Below the pieces are notes generated by a model. That model searched no databases, was not told where the DNA came from, and saw only the letters and a program-made list of their open reading frames with translations. A DNA stretch of 64,000 nucleotides from Parasitella parasitica NRRL 2501 (lineage: Eukaryota > Fungi > Mucoromycota). Below, in pieces: positions 27,877 to 40,956 of this stretch. The stretch covers positions 219,701-283,700 of the forward strand of contig MU619263.1 in assembly GCA_025201805.1 (NCBI GenBank). The letters are read 5' to 3'. Position 1 is the stretch's first letter; the number at the start of each line of letters is the position of its first letter. The position numbers and the translations under genes are program-made.

Positions 27877-28897
27877 ATGGTCAAATTTGGTTACATCCTC
27901 CTATCGGGCTGCGCACTCTTTAATAGCATCGCAACAGCGCTTTCGGTGCAAGAGGATCGTCGTATCGTGGCGTTGGGCGATTTGCATGGCGACTTGGAAA
28001 ACACTCTGGAAATCCTCAAGTTTTCAAACATCATTGATCATGAGAATCACTGGATAGGCGGTGACACGATTTTTGTTCAAACTGTACGTATTTAGGGGGA
28101 AAAGATCATTCTTATTAGCACCCAAAAGCTTATAGTTTCATTTTGAAATGTAGGGCGATGTCCTGGACAGGGGATTAGACACTATCAAGCTATACGATCT
28201 TTTGCAAGATCTGCGTGATGAGGCTCCTTTGCAAGGCGGCCTTGTGATTCCACTGCTAGGGAACCACGAGCTCATGAATTTGGTGGGTGATTGGCGATAT
28301 GTGTACCCTGGAGAGCCGGAGACCTTTGGAGGCATCGAAGCTCGTAAAAAGGCTTTTGAAAAGGACGGATTCATAGGCGAGTACCTGAAGCTCTTGAACA
28401 TCACGACCAAAGTGGGAAGCACGGTGTTTTGTCATGGAGGGATTACGCCGCATTTCAGTCGACTCGGCATCGACTGGATCAATGACAAGACCCACGAAAC
28501 CATCGTCACCTACATGGAATCGCAGGGCGCACGTGGTAAAGAGCACGGTATATTCGGCGGCGTTGGCCCCACTTGGTACAGAGGATATGCGTTGGAGGAA
28601 GAAGATGCGATTTGCAGTGTGTTGGACCAAGCCTTGGAACTGCTGGAAGCAAACCGCATGGTGGTTGGCCATACGGTGCAGCACGACGGTGCAATTCGAA
28701 CCCGCTGCGACGGGAAGGTTATTTTAATTGATATTGGCATCTCCAAAGCATACAGTGGAGGCAAAGGAGCATTGGAGATCCGGGGCAATACCGTCAATGC
28801 ACTTTATGCTGATAAAACCATTGAATTGGACTCACCACCGCCTTATAAAAGTGAAAAATCCGCAACCAAACACACAATGGAGCATGAAGAACTGTAG
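27877..28897 (+). CDS. Calcineurin-like metallophosphoesterase (Shewanella-like phosphatase) with signal peptide and HEEL C-terminus
   Basis: GDLHGD, GDVLDRG, GNHE, HGG, GHT, IDIG motifs; one intron about 28084-28152. Confidence 0.9.
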
Positions 28898-29020
28898 TAG
28901 ACTTTTATATGTCTGTCGAGTCGACATTGTGCACATGCTGTTTTATCTCAAATCTAATAGATAGTGTCATTTTTATTATATATACACAAGNNNNNNNNNN
29001 NNNNNNNNNNNNNNNNNNNN

Positions 29021-29066
<46 letters not shown>

Positions 29067-29078
29067 GATAATTTATAC

Positions 29079-31467
29079 CTAGGCCGTGTGCTTGATAGAT
29101 CTACAAGGAATTACAGAAAAAACATGGTTATTACCACATGTGTGCTGTTTCATAGTCTTAATTTTACCTTGACACATTATCAAATAGTCTTTCAATATCA
29201 GGAGAGCAACGGATGAATTCATGATCCCAGAATTTGGGATCTTTGATGAGCTCGATAAAGGAAGCGAGCAATCCCCATGGATGAGGTCTGTTTACGATCA
29301 GCCGCTCAAGGAGCACGCGAGTAACCTGTTCCTTGACGGCCTCGGATTGATGCGAGAATAAGTGAAGGAATGCAGCGCTAAAGAAACACGTGTGGCTGTT
29401 GGGGTAGCGCAAATGGTCAGCAATGGCACTTAGTACAGTGTATCGACCTAGTGAAGCGCAAAGTTTAGTATAAAGAACAAAGCTCTACAACAAGAGAGAC
29501 AGCTTATTTACCTTCGGATCCCAAGGTAGACAACAGATGGCTGTAGGCAATGACGGCAGGAGTGTCCCCGATTGCCACATCTTTCAGCTGAGCAGACTTG
29601 GCGCCAATGTACAGCACAAAGGCGCAAATCATATCAGCATTTTGGTTTTCGCCTCCATTTTCAGCACTGCTGGCTATTTCCACTTGGCTGTCCAGTGTTT
29701 GCAGGAACACACGGTCTTTGTCCTCGACAAACGCGTCGATCTTGTCTTTGAATTCGTGCTTGCTCAAAACACCAGCGTAGCTCTGGTCAAATAAGGGCTC
29801 CTCGGCAGACTCAGGAATCAGGTCCATCTTGAGATCAGGCGTAAAGGGGTCAGGCAAGTGCATTACGCGAGGAAAGGCGCTGAGGACCAGGTTGCGAAGT
29901 TGCACGCACGAATGGGGTATGGCTTGAGCAAAAACAACGTAGTTGTTGCAAAGAAATTCAGGGAAATCGTGCAGCAGCACAACAAGCACGCGCAAAGTGC
30001 CGCGGTAGAACATTTTGGTGGCGTGAGGAAGCTCCTGGAGCTTCAGCAGAGGACCGAGGAACTTGAGCAGCGCAGTAATCAGCTTTTGGCAGAGCATGGC
30101 ACCGTTGCCGTCATTGGCAACGAGTAACTGGGGCAGGAATGAACGGCAAGATATCAGCTGCAGCCACGAAAAGGCGAACCCAGGAAAGTTGTTGGGTTGC
30201 AGGGTGTACAGTGCATCGCTGAAGGTAATGAGGGCACTGGCGTCGATGGATTTGGCGCGGATCTTGCTGACTTCGTTGAATAACGACGCAAACAATCGCA
30301 AGAACGGCTTCTGGTTGAATTCTACGCCCTTGTTCTGATGGTGGTGAGATAAAACCAAAATCATCACTGAAAGCGCGTCGTTCAGCAGCTTGACCTTGGC
30401 CTTGTCAGACGTCTTTTCTTCCATCACCATCGCAGACACCAGCTTGGTGAACGAGTCAATCAGGTGGATCATGCGGCGATGATGGAGCGAGCTGAAAGAA
30501 CGGAAGGCCAAGTAATGGTTTGCACACGTCTCTGTGCAGAGTCGAAAGAAGAAGCAGCGGCCGTCCTCATCCTTGGTGACATCCATGACGCGCTGAGCCA
30601 ACGAGGCAAAGATATCGTCCGTGACCATTGGATGTTGGCATAGACGAACCCATTGAGCCAGAAGCATGTAAAGTTCAAGGCAATCCATGTCATGCTTGAT
30701 GTCCTGATAGGGCGCCTGGATCAATTTCTTGATATCAGAGATCAGTGAAACAACAATGGCGGGAGCTTCCTCGGTTTGCACAAGCTTATAAAGCGAGGAA
30801 ACGGTCAAAATGTGGTCTTCCAGGAACGTAGTGGGGCTTTGCGATAATAAACAGATGCGCATCAGGTTGGCAGCAAACTCAATCACACTGTCCGCCTTGG
30901 CGTTAATCAGTTTGGCCAACTGCACGTCATATTCTTCCAGGGGCAAGAGCTCGTAGCGGATGAGCATCGATACAGCAGGTGCGTTGTATTTGCGTTCGTC
31001 ATCGGCGTAAATCAACCACGACAGCGTCTCTTTGGTCACTTCGCCCGAGATTTCAAACAAGGATTGAAGGAACATGGTGTACACTTCCAGCGCGAATGCA
31101 CTGGTGCTTTGGTACAGCATCAACACCACCTTTTCGACAAAGGTGATCATGGTTTGCAGAGGCGAGGGGCTTTGGGACACCAGCAACGGGATCTGGCGAA
31201 TCAGTAAGCAAATGTCGTGGTTAGGTGGCAATAGTGAAATCGCACTGATGCCTGATTGACCGATCAATCTGTTCAGCTCCAAAAGCATTTGCTCCAGCTT
31301 GGCATTCAAAATGTTCGAGTTGCTTGCAAGCGCAGGACTGGCTGATTCGTTACTCATGAATGGCGGTGGTGCTTGCTGCTGAGGCAAATGATGATTAGCA
31401 GCGTCAGGAGGGAAATTAACAGGAGACACCTGCTGCTGATGATGTTGCTGATGATGTTGTTGCTGCT

Positions 31468-31498
<31 letters not shown>

Positions 31499-34400
31499 TT
31501 GGATTGCAAGAAACGAACGCTGATCAAAGCTTTCGTACAAACGGAATTGATCAGGAGTAATGCCGTTGCTCGGTCGCAAAATTTCGGGCAGTTGGATAGA
31601 GTGAGGGGCGCCTTTCAAGCTCAATACATCAAAAAACTGATCTCCGTTTGTCTGCTGCTTACGATAAGCCAAACGGCTAGCATAAGCAGGCGCTAAACCA
31701 CGATCCACATCCTCCAGGGCTCTGATTTTGGTCAGCTGATCAATATAGATACAGAGCAATTCAATATTCTCATTGGCAACAGTGGAAGCAATTTCTTCGG
31801 CCAACTGCTCGGGAAGACCGCTTTGTACCAAATTGGCGCAGATAACAGTAATGATACCAGTGCAGAGGGGTTCCTTGCAAGTAACTACGGACAGGCTGCA
31901 AGCCAGAGGTTGGACCATAGCATGAGCTGCACGCTGCAGACGGGTCTCATCAGGCTCAGTGGCAAAGTCCTTCAGAACCAATTCCTTGGTAGACATGGCT
32001 GCAATGTTGGCAGACGTAGCGATGATGGGGGGAACAACCTCCGAAAATGCTTCAGAAATACCAGCGAATATAGTTGTCTTGATGACAGGATGTTGGATCA
32101 TCAATTGGCCGATGGCAGGGTTGATTTGAAGCTTGGCTAATACAGGTGTAATGTCAACGTCTTGCACAGCAGGAGGGCTATTCATGCCAGTCATCGAATC
32201 CATACCCATGGGTGGCGGCTGCAAGGCTGGCTCTTCCACTGCAATCTTGTTGGAGAAACCGCCAAGAACGGCTGACATATCAAACACTGACTTTTGGGCT
32301 CCAGCGGGCGAGACGGGGACAAGTTTATCGGACATAGCATTGGCAAGGGCTGGGATACCGGGAGGTCCATTCTTGCCCAAAATGGATGTCGGTTCGATCT
32401 CGTTGAGATCAAGATTAAGAGCCTTGTACAGGATTTCGATTTCAAACTTGAGATTCAACTTGAGGCCGTCAGTCCAGTACAGTTCAGCAAGCACCTTCAA
32501 GCTGCCCATCAACCACGGGTTTGGGGGCTTGAAAATCTTGCTGTTGGCCGCATGCTGCAACACTTTACACGTCAGCGGAATGGCCACGACAAGCTGGTTC
32601 TTTTCGTAAGCACAAGTCAGCAAATCCTTGAACGACAAGTCCTTGTGGCGAATAGGCTTGCTCTTGGCAATCGTCAGTCTTCCAAGCCAGTTGCCCAGAT
32701 TCTTGAGCAAATTTCTATCTGACGAGGATTTGACAATGTTATCAGACTGCAACAACAAGTGAACGTTCAGGTACGTTTCTTCGACTACCGTGTCGGTCAA
32801 ATGCTGCATCTCGAGTTCATCCAAAAGGGCAGAATACAGCTCGTGGTTGTTGGGCTCGATACTAACACGTCGAACAACCAAATAATGACTGAACCATCCC
32901 CAGGTGGGCTTTTGCAGCAGCTGCTTTAGCTCTACCGTCTTGCTTCGCATGTTGGTTACTGACAGATTGTTGATCAAAAACGAGACTCTCTCTTGTATCT
33001 TTTCAGGCGGGTCTTCGTAAGATGGCTTTGCAGTGCCGGCCAACAATGTTGTGACATTCAGCGCAGCGTCTGCAGATCTCTCGGCTGTATCTCCCCCTCC
33101 TCCAGTAGTAGTAGTAGTAGCAGCAGCAGCAGCAGCAGCAGGGAGATTGGTGTTGGTCATAGTCGGAGTCGACAGGCTAGGTGAAGATGAAGAAGAACCC
33201 ATCAACTTTCCTTCAGGGTCCTTTTGAGCCAACTGCTTCAATGTCATTGCGATGCTCTCGACAATCGTAGGGAATCCACGCAACCCTTCAATTTTAGACA
33301 GCAAAAGAGTGTACTGCGGCCATTCATAAAGTCGACTACGGAACTGCGCCAAGGCTTGGATACCAAAGTTAAACATCTTGGATCCAATAGGGTGTTTGAG
33401 GGCGTCCAGGATGAGCTTGAGCGTAACACGCAACTGAGCATAAGAAATCAAATGCTGGTCAATCAAAAGACCAAGCAGCTCGCCAGTAGCCATTAGCTCG
33501 TTCTCGGGATATTGGCTAAAGAATCGAGCTTCATCGAGCTTCACCAAAGTGTTAATTTCTCCCCTCCGAAATAAGCATCTGTCCATTGACTTACCAAGGT
33601 ATGCGTAGTGCAAGCGAAAAAGTTCACTTGTCGCTGGTCGTTCGAGGTGCGGCATGCTTTCAGGACTGAAGCAAACCTACCGGCGCTAATGTCCTTTGTG
33701 TACAGCCTTTCAAAATACAAGCGCACCATTTCTTCGACTTCGTCCGAGTAATTTCTCTCGTTTTCTCCAGCCTCGCTCAGTCCTGCAAGCTTTTTCTCTG
33801 CTTGGCCACGATTTTCGTTCAATTGAGGGTACAATTGCGTATACAGCTGGCTCAATTTGTTGAGTTTGGCTGTCTCGGCAGGGGGTAAAGGTCTATTGTG
33901 AAAGCGATCAGGCATTTGCCCTGAAGCGACAGTCCAAATAGCAGCGCTTACCTTTCATATAAAATCCTGAAAAAAATACGGATCACCTCCAATGATAACT
34001 GCAAGGTGGGGAGCACATTGGCGCCGGATTGACGGGCCATCTCGATTGCACATTTCTTTTCCAAGAAATTCACGCACTCGCCAAAAAATACAAACCCGTC
34101 CTTTGCTAATCTTTCCATCAGCCATTTTTCCAAATTCAAATTTTGTCTACGAGCAGCAAGTGAAGCTAAATCCAGGGTGAAAAAGGGAACGTCTGTTTTT
34201 AGAATATGGGCAACAATCTAGGAGAAAAATTAATAAAAAATAAAATAAAAAAAACAACAACAACAATGAAAAGCTCGTAAGAATAGAGTCTGTTACCTTG
34301 GCTTCCTGTGCAATGTCCAGAATACGAGAGACAGAGGTTGGGTCTTTCTTGTACATTTCAAAGAATCCCTCCAACAGCAAATTGGGCTGCACATGCCAAA

Positions 34401-35360
34401 GTACTCGAATGACAAGTGGGGAATTGACATGGCCGATGAGGAAGATGTTGAGCAGTTTGGGGAGAAGTGTGCGATGCAGTTCGTTCTTGATAGGCTAGCG
34501 TACTGTTAGTTACTGACTGATATGGGTCGCTTCTCACTCAAGGTACCTGTATTTGCGCCAAACCAATCATGAGCAACTCGGGCGCTTGAATGGCCAGACT
34601 ATCCATCACTACTTTAACTTCCTCTGAAGCTAAATCCATAAAAGCCTCCAGCAAACCCAAACAATTCAGCTGCTGTGAAGCCAGTTGTGTAGCTGCTTGG
34701 CGCATACTGATGGGCAGAATCGGGATCAGCTCTTCTGGGATCACTTTTTTAGTCTGTGTTTGGTTCATATCCAGCAGCTTGGGTGAAGCGTAAACCATAT
34801 GATATAAAACGCTGAGCTGGCTTCGTACATGTATCCAAGGTTGAAAGAAAATCCCAACAGGAAAAGGTTCGTCCTAAACCGCACCTGTCGCGTTAGTATT
34901 GCTTTACACGCTGTGGGCACTACCATCTACCTTGCGTGCGTATTTCCACGATAAAACTAGTATTTTCAACCCCATAGGTTCACTCAGCATAAACTCTGCT
35001 TGATCTAATTGCGCTAACACAGTTACCCAGTTCAAGTTGGGGTTCTGTAGGTCATGGAACATGGAACATGGAACATGTGAATAACCGGTATTTTCTCTAC
35101 ACCAGAACAAGGCCTCTATTTACCTTATTTAAAGCTGCTTTCACAAAGTTTTCAATATTCCATGTTTGTCCTTCTGCGCTTCCTTGGAGTTTGGCGTGCG
35201 ATCTAATCATCATGGCCAAAGCTCTTGAGATCGATTCGTCCGTTACCTGAACATCTTCCATGGCCTGCATGGCACTGTTTACGCTGGATAAGCTGCCGTA
35301 GCCTTCGTCAAATAGCTTTTTTCCCAGTAAAAGGGCTTCTGCTGTAGATTTAGTTGTCAT
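29079..35360 (-). CDS. NOT1: CCR4-NOT scaffold subunit Not1 (short, divergent; about 1,900 aa)
   Basis: [99 protein letters not shown]; about 8 introns; poly-Q about 31430-31500. Confidence 0.93.
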
Positions 35361-36205
35361 GTTGTAGTATGTGTGAATTATATCTCTCAGGGTAGATTGT
35401 ACTTGATGCTGTCCGAAAGAAGCTGTTTCCAATGAGTACGCAGAACACACTGGGTTGAGGGAAATACAAAAAATACCTACCAAAACGATTTTTATTTAAT
35501 GTTTACAAGTGAGAAAGTGCTTCTAATTAGTTTTACGCGCGGTTGTGTGATTTTATTGAAATTTTTTTCGCCACAGGAGGCTTCTCTAATACGTCATCTG
35601 AATGGAAGTGTTGTTGGCAAAGCGTAGTGAAACCAGAACTCATGTGCTTATAGAAATGGAATATCTGGTGGCCTGCTTCAGCTACTGGCTTACATGGCCC
35701 ATTGGCTTGATCGGTATAGCTCTCGGTATTTCTAAACAGTTTGGCTCAAAGAATGCGGATCTGCATTTTCCTGCTATGCCATAAAAACATCTTGGTGAGA
35801 TGCAATTGCTAATGGGAATCACTCATAATTACACATATTGAGCGCAGCTGCCTTGGCTGTAACAAGCCATCTACTTTAACAATATCCTTGTGAGTGCATA
35901 TATATATATGCTTTCGAATATAGGAAGCCAAAGTGCATCAATTTTTCATGACACAAATCATTAGAACGCCATGGATATGTATATGCCTTGGATGTCTGCC
36001 ATTCCACAGTATCGAGGAATACAGACGGCCGTTGTCATGTCTAGATCCTTGCTTGCATGCGTGTCCAATGCAACAGGATATATTTGGCTCAAACCTTGAA
36101 TTTCGGCACTTGCGATGACGTATCAAACTCGGAACATGTAGTATAAAATAAACGCAACACAGGTGGACACACGTTTCTTCTTTTGCTCAAGAATTAAATA
36201 TAAAC

Positions 36206-36645
36206 ATGGGTGTCACGTAAGTTTTTGTATAATAATTGTAAATAGTCAAGATATTAAATCTTTGTAAAAGAGTCGAATCAATTACTCCAGGTGATGGTCA
36301 GAACTCCCCCAAGAAAGGTGACAAGGTCGCCATTCACTATGTCGGCACTCTTACAAATGGTGACGAGTTTGACTCTTCTCGTAAGCGTGGTAAACCTTTC
36401 GAATGTACAATTGGTGTTGGTCAAGTCATCAAAGGCTGGGATGAAGGTAAGCAGAGCAAAGTAGTTTGGCGGAAAAGAACTTTCTGTTGATGTGCTTTAC
36501 GTTAGGCATCCCCAAATTAACTGTTGGTGAGAAGGCAAGGTTGACGTGTACTCCTGATTATGCTTATGGAGATCGAGGCTTCCCTCCTGTTATTCCTCCA
36601 AATTCTACTTTGATCTTTGAAGTCGAACTCATCAAAATCTACTAA
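36206..36645 (+). CDS. fkbA: FKBP12 peptidyl-prolyl isomerase (FK506/rapamycin receptor), 3 exons
   Basis: Absent from the ORF track; spliced [61 protein letters not shown]. Confidence 0.96.
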
Positions 36646-36701
36646 GCAACAGCTTTTTGTTTTTTATCTTTTATTTTTTATTTTTGACATAATAAAAATG
36701 G

Positions 36702-38987
36702 CTAAAACATGATGATTCGCAAACCACCGAAATCACCCAGCGTGTAACTAAAGCCTTTTCCTGGGCATGCCATAAACATCTGGGCCTTTGATATATTCAG
36801 CTGTCTTGAAATGGCATCGACAGTAGCTGGATTGAAATCGCCTTGTATAAACATCTACAAACATCGTTACTACCAGCCAAAATGCTGCTTGAGAAATCTT
36901 TGATGGATACCAGATCGATTTGGATTTTTGGGTAAATCTCGTCCAACACGCGATGATGCGCCTCTAAATTCTCTGGGATAGCACTCGAGTTTTGATACAA
37001 ATGAATAAACTTGATTTGCCCAGCGTCCTCATTTTTCTTGATATACTGTATCGCCTTATTCATGACATGAGGCTCATCTGTTTTAGTAAAGAACACGACA
37101 GGATTTTTTCGAATGTGCTTGATTTGGCCCACGATAAAGTTTTCCACTTTTTCTGAGAAATGAGGATAGCGATGCAGCAGCCCCATCTGGTCAAACAGCC
37201 AGTAACACAGTTCCCATAACCAGCAACGTTTCAGCATGGCAAGGACCACAACCAACACCACTGCAAAGTAGATGACAAAATACTCGGCGATCATTGGATC
37301 AATCACAATGTTGCCGATCAAGCTAGCCAGTAATACCAAAAACGTGCAGATGGCCGTGAAAAGAGACACTTTGCTCAGTCGGGGCAGCCGTCCGCGCTTG
37401 TATTTAATCATAATATTGGCTACAGCAAATGTAGACAAACTGCCCAAGAACGCCACTGCGAACACGCCGGACAACGAGCTGGTGTCTCCCCTCGTGATGG
37501 CATACAATGTAATACTCAACACTAGGAATACAAGCACAATGTATTGGTAGGACCCGGTAAAGCGATTACGGACCAGGAAGAATTTGGGGAGAATGCCATC
37601 AGAGGCCATGCGTTGCACAAGCCCAATAGCTCCTATTAAGCCGGTGAGTACGCCTGCGCAGAGCACAATAACCGCATCAATCATGATCCACAGTCGCAAC
37701 CAACGACCTCCTCCAGTAGCATATTCCCCTAATACCGATACAGCATTGGCAGCATTTTCTTGAATGACAGGCACAGGCACAAGCACGGTTACTAGTAGTG
37801 TCATGGGTGCATTGATGGCCAGTAAGAAGCCAAACATGTTGTTCATTACCTTGGGAAAGGTGCCAGGCTTCAAGTCTTCAATATAGTTTTCAGCGGACTA
37901 AAATGGACGAGTCAGCCACACAGACACAGCCACCTACATACAACACAGCCGTACCTCAAAGCCTGTGACGCCCAACAAGCCAATACACATACCTTTAAAG
38001 ACCATGTAGACCGGATTAGAGCCCTCTGGATCAGGAATACGAGTCCAATTATCAATCAACGTCTGGCTTCCTCCCTTTCCCCACATGATAACACTAGCAA
38101 GCATCACCACACTTATTGTGACCGTATGTAGAGTAAAGATTGCCAGTGTCAGTGTAGATGATTCTCTCAAGCCCAATAGACAAATCATGGAGAAACCAAT
38201 CAAGATGATGATGGTGATGATAAACGGTGTCAGAGTGCCGGGTAGCACAGCCTCAGCTGCCAAATAAGCACTTGCCGTGGACGCTGACACAACACATGTG
38301 GCTAAATAGTCCAGGATTGAGAAGCAGGCGGCCACAGCAGCGGTGGTTTTTGTGGTTGAATTGAGCATTGCATTGTACGTGCCGCCGTTCAATGGCATTG
38401 CGGTTGCGACCTCGGTAATGATGCGCTTCATGGGGTACATGAGGGCAACGACCAGAAGCATGGAAATCGGGGCATATCTGCCGGATTGTACAACGCAAGG
38501 GCCGACGGAATACAGCACAGAAGCGATTAGATCGTTGCCGGCTATGGACGTTGCGCGCCATTGCCCTATAGTCGTTTTCTTGGCTGCTTCTTGCTGGTAT
38601 AAATCGAGGTCGGACTGCTCAATCTCCAGATAATAGGTGCTGCCCCACCTATGGGTTTTGCGTTAATCATATCAATACTACTACAACTGCTGCTGCTACA
38701 TGCTAAATGTCTTGTGTATACCCTGCGAATTCCCAGGCATTGCTGAGGTTTGGATAACGAGAAGGTACGTTGGACCATTTCAACAAGCTCTGCTGACGAG
38801 TATTTTGTGTTTTCTGTATCTGATGGAATTCTGATTCTGCAAACGATGGTGGCGGCAAAGATGCAGGTTCTGAACAGGACAAATCTCTATCTGAAGGCTG
38901 TCTCGCTACATCTATGCTTGCTGTGGCTTTTTCATCGATGCTCTTGATTGACAAGCTTGAGCTTGATGGCCTCTTTCTGTCTCTCAT
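36702..38987 (-). CDS. patA: APC-family amino-acid/polyamine permease convergent with fkbA
   Basis: GQWRATSIAGNDL, PLNGGTY, SILDYLATCVVSA, GVTGFE, many TM helices, C-terminal FGGLRIIM; synteny with FKBP12 as in Mucor. Confidence 0.85.
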
Positions 38988-39958
38988 CGTTTTAGAGTTT
39001 CGGTTCGGATGCAAACAAAAACAAAAACAAAAAAACCAGCAATTGGCTTTTTTTGCATTTCTTATGTGACAGTGCTAGTATCGTTGATTGAGGCCTATCC
39101 ATAGCAAGATGTTGCCGAATGGTGCTTGATGCTGTTTTTTCAATGGGAAATAAAGCTACAGCTTTAATCAATATATTTTTCTATTGATAAAAATAGCTTT
39201 ATACCAATATGAAGTTTGATTTGCGAAAAACAAACAAACAAAAAGCCAAGGATTTAGCTCAAAAACTAGCTTTTTAATTTTTCAATTTTTCGTTTTTCAC
39301 ATACATACAAAGTATACTTTTGAAAATTAATCAATCGTTGTGAAATCAAATTTCATGGCCACTTTACTTGATAAAACAGCACGTTTCAGACAGCATTTTG
39401 TCTAGATAAATTCACATTTTCGCTTGCGATATTTCTGTTGAAGCTTTGGATCTCTATACCATTTCTCCATAGAGATACAGTAGAATCTATTGCACTGCTT
39501 ATAAAATTTTCAAGGACATATAATATAATAAATCCAACTCTCCCTCTTCAAGGGCAAAACCCATAAAAAAAAAGAGAGAGACGTGTATTGCTTTCAAGCC
39601 TTCATGTCATATAGCTTAATCTATGATGAATCTTAATTTAATAACTTTAGTGTGAGTTGGTGGCGAACCTAGCCGCCTTATGTTTTTTCATTTCGTCAAT
39701 TATCAACGTGCATCGTGATTTGAGGACATTCATTGTCTGCCAGATATAAGATTAATTAAAGCCATATAGCTAAATATATACTTCAGGGAGGAGAGTGTTA
39801 TTTTTGGCTTCTGCATACAAATAAACTTGATGCAATGTTTTGGGATATTCCAAATGCTTATAATATACTACGAAGCAATAATAGTCCCGCAAATTGTGTG
39901 TGCGTGTGCCAGAGCGAGCCACCCGTGTTTTTTTGTCTTTCCATCTTTGCCGAAATCA

Positions 39959-40472
39959 ATGTCTGTTGCATTAAATAATCCAATAGCATCATTAGAGCAG
40001 CTAGAAACAACTGTATCACGACGTGATGGAATCAGCCAAGATTTGGAAGAAGATTTACGCAACCTGGGAGCCGAATTAATTCAAAGTGCAGGCATTTTAT
40101 TAAAACTGTAGGCCCTTTTTCGATTTCTCGCTTTTCGTTGTTTCTTTCTAGTAAACTGACAAAGAACTACACTAGGCCTCAGGTAGCGATGGCAACCGCA
40201 CAGGTGCTATTTCAAAGATTCTTTTTCATGGCAAGTTTGAAAGAGTTTGGCATTGTAGTAAGATTAGAAGGAAGCTCAAGCAATCAAACCCCCCTAAGTT
40301 AACCTAAAGTGCTTTGTTTTGCTAGGAAGTGGGCATGGGAGCTTTGTTTTTAGCCTCAAAACTCGAAGAATGCTTTGTTCGTATGACACATTTGATTACA
40401 GTATACGATTTAATCATTCGAAAAATGAAGGGACAATCAATCAAGCTGCCCTTAGATGCATTCTCTCAGGTA

Positions 40473-40503
<31 letters not shown>

Positions 40504-40956
40504 TTTATGTGCACTACCATCACTAAATCAAATACATTGCAGAAAGCCTACAACCTTAAAAATATGGCCATTGCTGCAGAAATGCAAATATTACGAAAGT
40601 TAGGCTTCATCGTACACGTGCAACTCCCTTATAACCATATGATCAACTATCTACGAATCCTAGGATTGGAAGATAATGAAGAGATATCAAAGATAGCTTG
40701 GAATTACGTGAATGACGGCCTGAGGACGACCATTTTTGTCACGCACGAACCTCCAACTATTGCATGTGCAGCTATCTGGTTGGCATGTAGAGATCAGCAA
40801 GTCAAGCTGCCTTGTCTGCCAGGCAAAGAATGGTGGTTATTATTTGATGTGAATGCGATCAACTTTAAAAACGCAGCAGCTCACATTAGACGGCTTTATT
40901 ATAAAAAATTAAATAGACAGAGTTTACCGCTCTACACAGATCAGAAAATGCATTAA
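39959..40956 (+). CDS. Cyclin L family cyclin (no RS tail, about 262 aa)
   Basis: [65 protein letters not shown]; 3 introns. Confidence 0.9.
40471..40502. repeat. (TG)n microsatellite, intronic
   Basis: Direct reading. Confidence 0.9.

Noticed and set aside
28991-29066. Long poly-A after an N gap, suggesting a retrocopy tail
   Set aside because: Adjacent to an assembly gap; homopolymers flank most gaps in this window, so probably an artefact
29537-33496. Many plus-strand ORFs inside NOT1 (likewise inside CCC2, PLA2 and GDI1)
   Set aside because: Antisense shadows of codon-biased genes
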